Positions 25,174-38,720 are shown, counted from the first letter of the stretch. The stretch is 64,000 nt of DNA from Octopus sinensis (GCF_006345805.1 NC_043001.1:46996001-47060000), one strand, 5' to 3'. Translations and numbers: made by a program. The notes: generated by a model not told the origin, from the sequence alone.

Positions 25174-26100
25174 TACATATATGCATATATATATGCATAT
25201 ATATATAAGGATATATATATATGCATATATGTATATATATATGTATATATCAAATAGATGAACATCTTGTGAAGACCTGTTGAGGCAAGTGAAAATCAAA
25301 ATCAAATCAAATCAAATCAAAACATCAAAATAGATGAACATCAATGGAATTTGTATCTTTGTGGGTACCAGTGCCGGTGGCATACAAGAAAACCATCCGA
25401 ATGTGGCCATAGCCAGTACCGCATCGACTGGCCCTTTGCTGTGGGCACGTAACAAACACCATCCGATCGTGGCCGTTCGCCAGCCTCATCTGGCACCTGT
25501 GTCGGTGGCACATAAAACACCATCCGAGCGTGGCCGTCTGCCAGCCTCGTCTGGCACCTGTGTCGGTGGCACATAAAAAAAAAAAACACCATCCGAGCGT
25601 GGCCGTTCGCCAGCCTCGTCTGGCACCTGTGTCGGTGGCACATAAAATCACCCACTACACTCTCGGAGTGGTTGGCGTTAGGAGGGGCATCCATCTGTAG
25701 AAACACTGCCAGATCTGACTGGCCTGGTGCAGCCTTCGGGCTCCCCAGACCCCAGTTGAACCGTCCAACCCATGCTAGCATGGAAAGCGGACGTTAAATG
25801 ATGATGATGATGATATCATCATCATCATCATTTAGCGTCCGTTTTCCATGCTAGCATGGGTTGGACTGCTAGCATGGGTTATATATATATATATATATAT
25901 GTATTTGTGTGTCTGTGTTTGCCCCTCCACCATTGCTTGACAATCAATATTGGTTTAGTTACATCCCTGTAACTTAGCAGTTTGGCAAAAAAAGATAGAC
26001 AGAATAAGTACTACGCTTACAGAGAATAAGTCTTGGGATTGATTTGTTCGACTAAAGGCAGTGCTCCTTCATAGACACAGTCATAGGACTGAAACGAATA
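24522..26100 (+). mobile_element. Tandem SINE A heads; second SINE split by RTE tails inside its microsatellite
   Basis: Heads at 24522 and 24758; RTE tails at 24932 (-), 25255-25813 (+) and 25814 (-); body 25895-26100. Confidence 0.75.
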
Positions 26101-26289
26101 AAAAAATAGAAGAATACTAATATAATTTCAGTTGAGCTATGATATAAAAATATTTATGGTCTAAAAACATTGCTTCTTTTATTTTTCAAACATAATAAGC
26201 ACAGAACAAAACTATTTTTCTCTTTGTTTTACACAATATTATAAAAGGAAATTTTGACACACTTTCAAATTTCTCACTATAACGTGTGG

Positions 26290-26960
26290 GTCCCTCACAA
26301 ACTCTCAAAAAAGAATTGCTTAGACCAGTTCCTGTTTGTGACATGCTTTTGAAATGGTGTGAAAGCATGCCTTTTTTGAAGCAACTTGTGACTGGAGATG
26401 AAAAATTGATTGTGTACGAAAGCATAGTGTGAAAAAGATCCTGGAGTTTGCATGAGGATCCCCCAAAACAACAACCAAAGATGAATATTCATGCCAAAAA
26501 GGCTATGCTTTGTGTTTGGTGGGATCATAAAGGCATTATTTATTTTGAGCTTCTCCCACAAAACCAGACCATTAATTCTGATGTGTGCTGTCTTCAGCTG
26601 ACTAATTTTAACCAACAAATCAAAGAACTGGAGCTGGAGATTGGCAACAGGAAAGGGGTAGTGTTCCAACAAGATAATGCTCAACCACATGTGTCTTTGG
26701 CTATCCAAACAGAGTTACATGAATTTGGCTGGGATCTCTTACCTGATCTGTCATATTTTCCTAATATTGCGCTATCCGACTACCACTTGCTTTTGTCTCT
26801 ACAGAATTCATTGCAAGGACAAACATTTAACTACTTAGATAATTTTTCTTCTTCAAAACTTGTCAAATTTTAAGCTGATCGAATACTTAGATTGCCTGAT
26901 AAATGGCAAAGGTCATTAATAATAATGAAATTGTATCATTGAATAAAGGGTTTAACATAC
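26290..26960 (+). mobile_element. Mariner (DD34D) transposase remnant
   Basis: LVTGDEK; KKAMLCVWWDHKGIIYFELL; FQQDNAQPH-34 aa-SDYHL. Confidence 0.9.
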
Positions 26961-27800
26961 AAATTTAAGTCAGGCCTAACTTTTACCATAAAACATGACT
27001 TCACCTGTGCTTCGAAGAACTTAATCTATGTTCTTAAATGTGGAGGTTGTGGTGGAGACTACATTGGTCAAACAAGCTTAACTTTGAGGGATAGACTTAT
27101 GGTACACAGGCAACAAATCCAGGACCCCTCAACTAGGAAAATTCCCGTTAGCCAGCACCTAGACCAATGTCCCGTAGATAAAATCCCTAATTACCAAATC
27201 TTCCCTCTCTATCAATGAACTGGAAACACTTCAACCCAATTCTGTTTAAATAAGGAAAACATACTGATTAAAAAATATAAACCACAGCTAAATATCCTTT
27301 AGTAAGAAAAAAAAAAGCAGTATAAAGAAGAGAAAAAATACCCAATTTCAACACAAAAGAACAATAAAATTTTAGTAAAAATCTTCCACCCGGGTTTCGA
27401 AACTCAGCTCCAATTCACCACATAAACATAAGAAGCTGACGTCACCCACCTCCAGTCCAATGAAACTCCACAAACACCAGTTGCTGACGTCACATAATTC
27501 CAAACCAATTGAAACTGAACTTCAACAAATACAACAAAAAGATCCTTTAAGAAAACCAACCAACCGGAATGACCTATAACAGTATCTTGCAAAGAAACCA
27601 ACCAAGCAGAACGACAAGCTTGACCACAGAAGAAAAACATCATCAATTTTTCAACAAATCAAAATCAGATCCACTCACAGAAAAAAATTTATAAATACAT
27701 CTTTCCCTAAAACATACCATTACATGCGGAACTGACTGTTTAAAGATCTGAGAAACCGTAATTTCCCCTTTTTTTACTATTTCAATTCTCATAGTTTTTT
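26960..27800 (+). mobile_element. Penelope-like 3' end: GIY-YIG endonuclease + 3' region
   Basis: ATG-less open frame KHDFTCASKNLIYVLKCGGCGGDYIGQTSLTLRDRLMVHRQQI..PVSQHLDQC, missed by the ORF track. Confidence 0.85.
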
Positions 27801-28096
27801 TTCAGTATGACTTGTCGACCACCACTGAAATTAAAGGACTTTGTACATTCTAACAAATTAATATACAGTTTTAATTTCAAACTTACACCTTCTGTTTTGA
27901 ACATGATAATTTATCAACATTGAAATATTTTAATTTAATTTTGATTTGTCCACATTGAAATTTATAACAATGTTTTTACACTTTTACCATTGATAAACAA
28001 AAAATTGTTGAAACTAGTTTGGTACATATGTAAATAAACGTATTTTAAATATTCATGATTTTTTGAAATTTAAGTGCATTTTCAGCAACACATTTT

Positions 28097-28135
<39 letters not shown>

Positions 28136-28156
28136 TATTTATATAAATACAGTATA

Positions 28157-29021
28157 CAGGGTACGGTGAATAAACTGTCGTCTAAATTGCGCAAAAATGA
28201 AAATAACACTGACATCACTTTTTAACATATATTTATCAAAATTACATAAAAATATCTTGAAATGCTAGAGAGAAAAGTTATTCAATAAACTCACCATTGG
28301 CTTCAACCACGACCTCCAGATGACTTTGGAATCGCCTGCAACTCTTCTGGACTGTCTCCTTGTTCAAGTTGGTGAATGCTGCCATTATCCTTGTTTTCAG
28401 TTCATTTTTGGTGTTACAAGGAATTTTGTTTGTCTCTTGCTCAACTGTGCCCCACACATAATAATGAAGGAGGTTGCAGTCTGGGGAGTCAGGTGGCCAG
28501 ATGTTAGGGGTGATGTGGTTGTAGAAATTGTCTGACAGCCATGACTGGGTTCTCTTGCTTGTATGGCATGATGCAGAGTTCTCTTGCCAAACACAGCATC
28601 TTCCAACAGCCATCCTCATGACCCAGGGCAGCATAACCTCTTCCAGGCATTTGATGTAGGCCTCTGTGTTGAGTCTGAAGCTTTGTGGGAAGGTGAATGG
28701 AAACATAATGTCGACATTACTAGTAATCACTTCAAGCATCATGATGTTAACTAGATGTTTGATTTTCATCACTCTCAGTACATGTTCTCAGATTGACACC
28801 CAAAGGCTCTAAAATGTTTGTATTGGAGGTTCTGGTGCAAATGCCAAGCAGTATAGCATGTCATTTCCAAATTTCTGGCAGAGTGAATTGCGTCACGGTG
28901 CTGTTTTTCTCACAGATGGTGTCTAACTGACTCTACTATACTGTTGAGAAAATTAAAAACAAACAATGCACATGCACAAAATTGAAAATATAAAATGGTA
29001 CAATTTACCCCTTGCATCTTG
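28157..29021 (-). mobile_element. Internally deleted maT-like (DD37D spacing) Tc1/mariner element
   Basis: WQENSASCH-37 aa-LLHYYVW (both catalytic Asp mutated); WPPDSPDCN; degenerate TIRs with TA on both sides. Confidence 0.85.
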
Positions 29022-29025
29022 TATA

Positions 29026-29074
<49 letters not shown>

Positions 29075-29284
29075 TATTACATACATACACACATGTACAA
29101 ATCACAAATCCTTTCAAGTAGACGGCCCTGCTTAATCTATAGGAAAGACGTTAGAAACTCCATAAGAGGTACCCAGTGCAAGCTATGGAAACATAAGAGG
29201 TGCAGCAATATCAAAGAAAGGTTATCTTAGAAAATAGTTTTTGTGCGTGTAAGGTGCACAAGTACAATAAACACCAAAGATGTA

Positions 29285-29600
29285 CAGAAAATGGACTCAA
29301 TCAACTGTCAGTGGAATAAGCTGGAGGTAGTTCCATTATCTAGTTCCATTATCTAGGCTGGAGGTAGTTCCATTATCTAGGTTCCATTATCTAGGTGACC
29401 AAGTTAGTAGTGGAGGTGGATGTTCTGAGAGCATAGCTGCAAGAATAAGAATAGGCTGGACAAAGTTCAGAGAGCACCTATAGTAACAAAGGGCCTCTCC
29501 CTCAGAGTGAAAGGCAGACTGTATGATGCCTGTGTGTGCTACACATCAGTGAAACATGGGTTCTGACAGCCAAGAAAATGTGTAAGCTCCAGATGGGGAC
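29285..29600 (+). mobile_element. RTE family A RT fragment
   Basis: GDQVSSGGGCSESIAARIRIGWTKFRE..VTKGLSLRVKGRLYDAC. Confidence 0.8.
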
Positions 29601-30250
29601 GAGGCATTTTTCTACCGCCTTGTTGTTCACAGACATAATTCTTTTTTCCTTCTGGCTATATATTTTATAGACTACTGTTCTGGTAGTTACGTTCTGTAAC
29701 ATATCCTGTGGTGGCAACGGTTTAGTTTCATTTTCACTTTTTTTAATGAGGTTTCTAAACTTAAATAGTTGTTCCTTTGACATCTCCAATTCACAAAAAT
29801 TACCACCAACGGCAGCAGAGAAACTGGGCTTTTCCTTTTCTTCCTGGTTACCAACTTGGTTACTTTCTTTCATTGCCAGGAAATCCTCATTTGAGAACAG
29901 AAATTCAACATTCAAAAGCAAATTTGATTCCATTTTAACAAATGGCCTCCAAACTCCACAAGAAAAAGCGTAAATATTTTTGTCAAAAATGATAAAAATC
30001 AATTTTTATCTTGCAATGGATATCAAACAGTCCAAAATGTTGTGCAAAAAACAATTTTCCACCCTGTAAGGTGAAAATTTTCATCAAAACGATGACAACA
30101 GTTCAATTTCAACTCAAACGCGACAATTTCAACAGATAAATCAACAACAAAAATACATTAACAAAATAAACTCCCTGAGCAACAGCAGCCTAATGTAGAA
30201 GAGTGACAATCCTGGTTATTGATGGGAAGTGGTTTCCAATACAAATATAT
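29600..30250 (-). mobile_element. Possible L1/Tx1-type ORF1 5' fragment
   Basis: EKPSFSAAVGG..RTVVYKIY resembles a LINE ORF1 N-terminus; weak. Confidence 0.3.
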
Positions 30251-30348
30251 ATACTTTTTCCAGTGACGAAAAGTCACTGATCTCGTAAAAGTGGAAACAA
30301 GCAATAATAAATCTCTGACCAAGGTATAAACAGTAGCAGCACGACATC

Positions 30349-30564
30349 GTGAAGTATATTTGCCACCTAAATGTGGCTAACCCTTAAGGTCTATGTGTAT
30401 CACGTCAGGCTGGAGATGGGAACAATGACTTCTCCTTGCAAATACTGATAGGACACAGACAGTGTGTCAATAACCAGCTGGGGGAGATGTCTTCTTGGGG
30501 CTACAAGCTACTGTAGCATCGACCCTTAAGGGTTAGCCACATTTAGGTGGCAAATATACTTCAC
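30349..30564. mobile_element. 216-bp MITE with perfect 41-bp TIRs
   Basis: GTGAAGTATATTTGCCACCTAAATGTGGCTAACCCTTAAGG (30349-30389) equals the reverse complement of 30524-30564. Confidence 0.85.
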
Positions 30565-30634
30565 TATATATATATGTGTGTATGTATGTATATATATATA
30601 TATATGTGTGTGTGTGTATGTATGTATAATACAT

Positions 30635-30945
30635 ATAGTGGCTGTGTAATAAGAAGCTTGCTTCCCAACCACATAGTTCCTGGTTCAGTTCCACTGCATG
30701 ACACCTTGGGCCGACCAAAGCCTTGTGATTAGATTTGTTAGATTTGGCAGACAGAAATTGAGTGAAGCCTGTCATGTGTGTGTGTGTGTGTGTGTGTGTC
30801 TGTCTCTTCACCACTAGATAACTGGTGTTGATGTGTTTATGTCCCCATAACCTAGTGGTTATATAATAAGTACCAAGTTTTAAGAAAAAGGTATAGGGTC
30901 AATTTGTTCAACTAAAACCCCTCAAAGCAGTGGCCCAGCACTTTG
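30635..30945 (+). mobile_element. SINE family A
   Basis: Head, (TG)n and body in order. Confidence 0.75.
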
Positions 30946-31708
30946 GTTAACCTAGAATTGTGTAGTGATGTTGCATACACTCACAGGCTCCAACCAACTC
31001 CAGCTTGGACTGCATCCCTGTGCAGGATGCTGCTGACTCTGAGGATATAGTGCTCATCATTACTAGAGTAGGGTATTGCCATGTGACCTATACTTAGTCA
31101 CTCTTCACCTTGTCTGCTTCATTTCACTGACACCCATGGTGTCATCTAACTTAAATCTTGGTCCATCTGTCCACCATGAAAATGTATGTGGACATTCCAA
31201 GTGCTTACGTTTGTGTTATTTTTGGCATTAAAACACAGCTAATTGGTGTTCAACTTTCATGCAGCTTTGACCTGGTTTCATCCAAAAATGAACCTTCTCC
31301 TCTTTGCTTAACTAGTCCACAATAGCTGCTTTTTGTAATTTCTGTAGTGATAAGTTGGTTTTACAAGGGCAGGTGTAAATAGTTTATGCCAAATTTTGTT
31401 CTAATAGTTTAGGTCACATTCTGTTATTTCTGATTAAATACTGTCTAATTAAGATATGTCTGGTTGAGTTATATTTCAGCACATACTATCTTATTGCTTT
31501 ATATTTCATTAGATCATATCTCATTAAATTAGGTCTAATTAGCTCATATCAGTTTTATTTTGTTCTCCTGTTTTGCTTCTCATTATTTTTATGATTATTA
31601 TTACAAGTTTATTGTCAATTTCCATGATAAAAATAATAAAGCCAAAAAAAAAAACCATAAAACAATGATATAAAGAAGCAATTGGTAATGTTGATTTATT
31701 TATTTCAG

Positions 31709-31957
31709 GAACAGCTTGGTTAGGTGAAAGCATCGCTCTTAGTACTTCAGAAATTCCAGATATGAAAAGACCTATAGTCTGGCGAAGCAAAAATTATAAA
31801 TATGAATGTGATAGGACATGTGCCAGTGGAGAATATACAGTTACTCAGGATGGTAATACTTCAACTCTTACAATCAAAAGCATATCTTGGGAATTCTCAA
31901 AGTGGTCTTTTACGGACGATAACTTAAATGGTGCAAAACTTGAACTGGACATAAAAG
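31709..31957 (+). CDS. Ig-like gene exon (249 bp, phase 1-1): atypical V-type Ig domain
   Basis: TTTATTTCAG|...ATAAAAG|GTAAGG. Open frame GTAWLGESIALSTSEIPDMKRPIVWRSKNYKYECDRTCASGEYTVTQDGNTSTLTIKSISWEFSKWSFTDDNLNGAKLELDIK. Confidence 0.85.
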
Positions 31958-32090
31958 GTAAGGAAATTATTTCTGTTGATAATAATAATCATGGAGCAAG
32001 TATTTTATAATATCAAAGCAAAAATCAAAGTTTCTAATTTATCTATTTCAAGGTTTTCTTTGGTATAGCTAATTTCTTTTCCCCATAATA

Positions 32091-33271
32091 TGAGGTCCAG
32101 CTGAAAAGTTCATAAGCTGACCAAGATACTCTCATGGAACGTGACCAAATGAGATTTTTCAACTTAGCCCCCTTGCAGGCTACACATTTCTTCCATTGGT
32201 GTTGCAGTGCTTGAATCCCATTGGTGAAAAAGCTTTCATCCTATTGGTAAAAAAGTAAAAAGTAAAAAATACTAGATATGACATCATCGTCACTGCAATT
32301 CTAGCTCCCAGCCATGTGGTTTTCATGTTGAGGAACAGATAATTAGTCACATGAGGTTGAATAAGGAGAACAGGGAAGCTGATCAACCTGTTCAAAGCCA
32401 AATACACTCACAGCAGCCATTAAAACCAAAGACTTGTGTGCTGGAGCATTGTCTTGATGAAACGAGACCCTGCATAATACTTTCTATTGATGGTGTAGCT
32501 CTTCTGATGCCTTTTGCATCCCCCATAACTGAGATCATCACCTTCCCTGCAGATGAAACAACCTTGGCCTTCTTTGGTGCAGGCTAGGAGGGAGTGTTTC
32601 CACTACATGGTTTATCCCTTTGTCTCTGGCTCAAAATGTTGAACTTGATACTCATCCTGGGTTGGGAGATTTTCAAGAAAACCAGCTGGATCTGCCCCAA
32701 ACAATGTCAGATTTTCCTGTGATGTAATCAGCATGGTGAATTTTTGATCAGGTGTCAGATGTGGCACTCACCAAGCAGAAACATTCACCATGCCAAGTTC
32801 ATAGTGCAGAATATTCTGAACCCTCTCACAGGATATGGCAATAGCAATGGCTATTTGATTTATACTCAATTACCTGTCATCTATCACCATGAAGTGAACA
32901 TGATCAATGTTTTCCTTGCTGGTGGCAGTTGCAGGGCTTCCAGACATTGGGTCATCTTCAGAACTCTCCCTTCCCCTCCTAAATTCAGCTGCCCTGTTCT
33001 TTTTGTACTGTTGATAAAGTTGGAGTATCATTCCCTAATGTAGCAACCATGTCAGCATGAATGCTCTTGTGGGCTAAACCCTTCTTGATAACACCATGAT
33101 GCAATATTCTGTCCATTTTCAAGAGGAGTTGCTACTAGTCACATTTAAATCTTCTTTGAATAGTTATATTTCAGTTACGTGGAAAGAAACAATGTGGTTA
33201 TTAATAAGAAGTGTTGAAATTAATGCATCACATCTTCATAGTCAACCTATGAACTTTTCAGCCCACCCTTG
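32091..33271 (-). mobile_element. Full-length decayed mariner (1181 bp) with TA TSD
   Basis: TIRs TGAGGTCCAGCTGAAAAGTTCATAAGCTGAC / GTCAACCTATGAACTTTTCAGCCCACCCTTG with TA on both sides; FHQDNAPAHKS on minus strand. Confidence 0.9.
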
Positions 33272-34049
33272 TATCTCTTGTTGGATACTTAACCAAATGA
33301 ATTAGTTTAATTGTTCTATTATCTTTCTAATATCCTGGCCATGTTTCAGTGGTCACCAGTCTAAGTTACTACTTAATTTCTATACAAATGTTTGACAATT
33401 TCTGGTATCATATTTGTGACAAAAAAAAAAAAAAAAAATTTGAATAGTATCAGAAATACCAATGCACCACTGTCTATGTAGCCCAATGAAATCCTCCAGG
33501 TACAAACAAGAATTTAAGACCAGCTGTTCATGTAAACTCCTTTATAATGATGATTTAGTCCTTATAGCAAGTAAGTAGAAGATTTAGAGAATAAATTCCA
33601 GAGATGGAGACAAGAACTAGAATCAAGAGGTGCTAAGTTTACAGTATCACTGTAAACTTAGCTGTTTTTTTTTCTTTCTATTATTAAACTTACAATGTTG
33701 CTTAAGGACTGTAGGTTGCAACCCCTGATAGCCTTGCTCTAGACATTTTAGGCACAGACCCTTATCCAGTATTTACTCTGAAGCCCTCAGGCAATAATAT
33801 CTGACATGGATCCATGAGTGAGTAGGACCTAAGGATTTTGTTCACCGCTGATAGTTGTTGTTGACAAACAACGGCAGTAATTTTAATCAGCTGAATACAC
33901 GTCATTGATTGGTTGAAATTACTGAAATACGACAACTTTAACATGAAATAACTTTGAAAATATAAACTTTTCTCAACAACACTAAGAGTAAAAGATGTTT
34001 TATATGACACATTCTACCAGTGTCCGAAGTTTGAAAGTGTTTAGTTACA

Positions 34050-35106
34050 AAAAATTAATTTCTCGATCAGCTAATCTATCCTTCATGGGTTTGTGGCAGG
34101 CATCCTCTTCTCCTCTGCCATTATATAAGTCTTTCTTGGCATCTTCCAAAAAAGTCCTGTCTCATCACAGTTGAAGACTTGCTTGGGGATATTTCCTTCA
34201 GCTGCTATAATTCCGGCAAAAGTGCCTTCATATCTGCGCTCATTGCCTCACTATGCCTGACAAGGGAGTGAATGCCAGTCCTCTTTTTAAAATTCTCGAA
34301 CCAGCCCTGACTGACTTTAAATGGCTCACCTTATGCCTCATCCAAACCAATGCCTGGGGTCTGCTGCAGCAAATCAGTGTAAATAGCTCGTGCCTTCTCG
34401 CAGATTATAGTCTCCGTCATGGTATCTCCTATCAGCTGTTTCTCTGTCAACCACACCATCAGTAGCTTCTCCATATTTTCATGGATAGGTATCTGCTGTT
34501 TAGAAATTATTTTAATGCCTTTGGTTCCTTCTGCTTCAGTATGGTGCACATTATAGAAGTGCTATGCTCATACTGCTTTGCCAAGTTGACTATACACATC
34601 ATCATGGTCATCTCTTTTGATAATTTCTCTCTTCAATTCAATGCACATCATCCAATTCTTCTTGGCACTGTCCTTTGCATTCACTTTCTTTCGACTTGTG
34701 ATTGGAAAAATGAAGTTTTGCAAAATAACTGCAAGCAAAATTGCAAGCATAACACTGATGCTTCTGTACCCTGCAATGACTAAGTAAGCATTTTATCACC
34801 TGTCCAGCTAACATTCCACTAACAATCTTCACACTTGCTAACACACACGTCTGTCTAGTTATCCATCTACTAATGAGCTTTGTACTTGCTAACATGAATG
34901 TTTGTCCAGCTATCGAGTGAGACACAGAATGCTGAGCAGATGTTAGAGCATTCACTGTGGCATTCGCTATGCCAACTAGCAATGGGGTATCTGAAAATGG
35001 CTCATAACCCGAATTTTAGCTCACAACTCAAAGCAAAAATTCGGCCGAGAGACAGCTTGTATCTCAAAAATCTCATTAGTTAGAACACTTGTAAGTCAAG
35101 GTACCA

Positions 35107-35110
<4 letters not shown>
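34050..35110 (-). mobile_element. Tigger/pogo transposase 5' remnant
   Basis: KKVNAKDSAKK..IELKREII; HENMEKLLMVWLTEKQLIGDTMTETIICEKARAIY (CENP-B-type HTH). Confidence 0.85.
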
Positions 35111-35149
<39 letters not shown>

Positions 35150-35309
35150 CACACACATACATATGATCATACATACACACACACATGCACAGGATACGTC
35201 AGCTTTTTGAAGTTATTTTTTATGCATTGAGAAAAAGGTGCAAAGGTCATCAAAGAAAAGCTACCTTTGGTCTCTAAGTCAAAAGACAAATGTTCTACTA
35301 CATTCAGCA

Positions 35310-38300
35310 TCATCATCATCATCGTTTAACGTCCGTTCTCCATGCTAGCATGGGTTGGACGGTTCGACCGGGGATCTGGGAAGCCAGAAGGCTGCCCCAG
35401 GCTCCGGTCTTATCTGGCAATGTTTCTACAGCTAGATGCCCTTCCTAACGCCAACCACTCCGTGAGTGTAGTGGGTGCTTTTTACGTGCCACCTGCACTG
35501 GAGCCAGGCAAGGCTGGCATCGGCCACGGTCGGATTGGTGCATTTTATGTGCCACCTGCACGGAAGCCAGTCGAGGCGGCACTGGCTTCGGCCACGATTC
35601 GGATGGTGCTTTTTACGTGTCACCGACACGGAAGCCAGTCGAGGCGGTGCTGGTATCAGCCACGATTCCGATAGTGCTTTTTACGTATCTCCAGTCCAGG
35701 GGTCCTGGCATCTGCCAGTTGCCAGTCATAGGATTGGTTCAATTTCGATTCCGATTTCGATTTCACTTGCCCCAACAGGTCTTTGTGTGTCCAAGGGAGG
35801 AAAGGCATGCATAAGGTGCCTGTCGTCGGATGAGGTTCGATATCGACTTCGCTTGCCTCAACAGGTCTTTGTGTGTCCAAGGGAGGAAAGGCATGCATAA
35901 GTGAGCTGGACTCACTTGTCCTGCCTGGTCATTTCACACACAGCATATTTCCAAAGGTCTCGGTCACAGGTCATTTCCTCAGTGAGACCTAAAGTTCGAA
36001 GGTCGTGCTTCACCACCTCGTCCCAAGTTTTCCTGGGTCTACCTCTTCCACGGATTCCCTCCACTGCTAGGGATTGGCACTTTTTCACACACCTATCTTC
36101 ATCCATTCTCGCCACATGACCATACCAGCGCAATCGTCTCTCTTGCACACCACAACTGATGCTCCTTAAGTCCAACATTTCTCTCAGGGTACTAACGCTC
36201 TGTCGAGCATGCACACTGACATTACACATCCATCAGAGCATACTGGCTTCATTTCTCGCAAGCTTACGCATGTCCTCAGCAGTCACGGCCCATGTTTCAC
36301 TGCCATGTAGCATGGCTGTTCGTACACATGCATCATACAGTCTGCCTTTTACTCTGAGCGAGAGGCCTTTAGTCACCAGCAGAGGTAAGAGCTCCCTAAA
36401 CTTTGCCCAGGCTATTCTTACTCTAGCCGTTACACTTTCAGCACACCCACCCCCACTACTGACTTGGTCACCAAGATAACGGAAGCTATCAACTACTTCT
36501 AGTTTTTCCCCCTGGAAAGTGATGAAAGTTGTTTTCTGCAGATTTTCAGAGGTTAATGCTCCCGAGCATCTGCTACATACAAAAACTATCTTCCCAGTTA
36601 GCCTTCCTTTGACATTGCTGCACCTCTTATGTGTCCATAGCTTACACTGGGTACATCTTATAGAGTTTCTACCTACACCTTTTCTACAGATCAAGCAGGG
36701 CCATCTTCCTGAAGACATTTGTGGATTGTCTACCTTCCTACTTATTAGTACTTTGGTTTTAGCTAGGTTAACTCTAAGGCCCCTCGATTCTAGACCCTCC
36801 TTCCACACCTGGAACTTCTCCTCCAGTTCTGATAGTGACTCAGCAATTAGAGCAAGGTCATCAGCATATAGGAGCTCCCAGGGGCAACCTGTCTTGAATT
36901 CCTCCGTAATTGCCTGGAGGACTATGATAAATAGGAGGGGGCTGAGTACTGAACACTGGTGGACCCCAGCCTCTACTTTGAATTCTTCTGTGTACATGTT
37001 GCCAACCCTAACCTTACTTACGGCATCCCTGTACATGGCTTGCACAGCCCTCACCAGCCATTCATCTATCCCTAGTTTCCTCATTAACCACCAGATAAGG
37101 GATCAGGGGACCCTGTCAAAGGCTTTCTCCATGTCAACGAAAGCCAGGTACAGGGGCTTATCTTCGGCTAGGTATTTCTCCTGCAGCTGTCTCACCAGAA
37201 ATATGGCATCAGTGGTGCTTTTCCCTGGCATGAAACCAAACTGCATCTCGTCCAAGTTGACTCTCTCCCTAATCAGTTGGGCTATGACCCTCTCTGTAAC
37301 CTTCATTACCTGATCCAACAGCTTGATACCTCTGTACTTATTTGTATCTAGGGCGTCTCCTTTACCTTTGTAGCAGTTGACTAGTATGCTGCTACACCAG
37401 TCATTGGGTATGACTCCTTCGTGTATCACCTGGTTAACTATACTGGTGACTAGGTTATAGCCAACACTGCCAGATATTTTGAGCATCTCTGTAGTAATTT
37501 CTGATGGACCTGGGGCTTTCCCTATCTTCATGCTTCTAATTGCTTTAACTATCAAAGAATTATCAACTTGGATGGCTGGTCCCTCTGTTGGGTTGACATT
37601 TGGCAGACTCTCTTTATCCCATTCATTTTCTTTATTCAGCAACCTTTCATAGTGGCATTTCCAAACCTCTCTCTTTGCATCCTCATTTAATGCAAGTGAA
37701 CCATCATCCATGCGGACACATTTCTTTCCTACCACATCACGATTCTCTCTCACACTGTCTTGCAACACGAAACACCTCAAGTCTTTCATCCTCACGGCGC
37801 AGAACATTGGCAAATTTTTTCTTATCCGCTTCCCCTCTGGCTAAATACACCTGTCTCCTAGCTTCCCTTCTGGCTGTCTGATACAATTCCCTGCTACCAC
37901 CGTTCTTCCAGTCCCTCCAAGCCTGTTTCTTTTGTCTAATAGCCCTGTCAACCACATTGTTCCACCACCACGTTACTCTGGGTCGAGATGGGACTTTGCT
38001 CCATCCACAGATCTGGTCAGTGGCTGTCAGCAGATTGTCCCGTAGAAATCTCCAGTTGTCTTCCACATTAAGTGAAGCTATATCCCCTTCTATTTCATCA
38101 AAGGCTTCGAGTAGTATGTCTCTAAATCTCTGTCCATTTGCAGGATCTTTAAGCTTCCAGACCCTTCTCCTCCAAGCTGGTCTTCTTCTGGGCAACCATT
38201 TAGCTCTGATCCTGATGTCGCTAACTACTAATCTATGTTGAGGAGTACATTCTTCGCCTGGAAAGGTTTTGGCATTTATAAGCAGCCCTCTTTCCCTCTT

Positions 38301-38720
38301 TCTGGCGAGGATGTAGTCAATCTGACTAGTGTGTCTACCAGAACAGTAGGTGACTAGGTGAGAGGTGGGTTTCCTGAAGTTGGTATTGCAAACCATAAGG
38401 TGATTTGCATCGCAGAAGTCCAGCAGCCTGGTTCCCTCCTCATTTCGAGAGCCAAAACCATAGCCTCCATGAACGCCATGGAAGCCCCCGACATGCCGTC
38501 CAACATGTCCATTGAAATCACCTGCCACAAAGAGAAGGTCACTGTCATTTGTCAACGAGGTAGTCCGCTATAGGGTGTCGTAGAATTGGTCTTTCTGTCC
38601 TTCCAGTAGCCCTGGTTGAGGGGCATATGCCGAGATGATGGTAGCTGACCTATGGTGAAGCACTAATCTAATCTTAAGTACTCTATCACTTACTCTGACT
38701 ACCTCGATTACCTTATCTTC
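35310..38720 (-). mobile_element. RTE-clade LINE family A, 5'-truncated, frameshifted (APE + RT + PHD + 3' UTR + (GAT)n)
   Basis: GDFNGHVG and SQIDYIL (APE); DMEKAFDRVP, GVHQCSVLSPLLF and YADD (RT); RGRGRPRKTW; tandem ~60-bp 3' UTR repeats. Confidence 0.95.

Noticed and set aside
27724-27766. Possible second hammerhead (CTGA..GAAACCGTA) and a similar motif at 56148-56190
   Set aside because: The core is not CUGANGA plus a paired stem II, and stem I cannot be formed adjacent to the core.
36159-38573. Plus-strand ORFs up to 264 aa over the RTE (also 62541, 63208, 63586)
   Set aside because: Antisense shadows of the RTE ORF.
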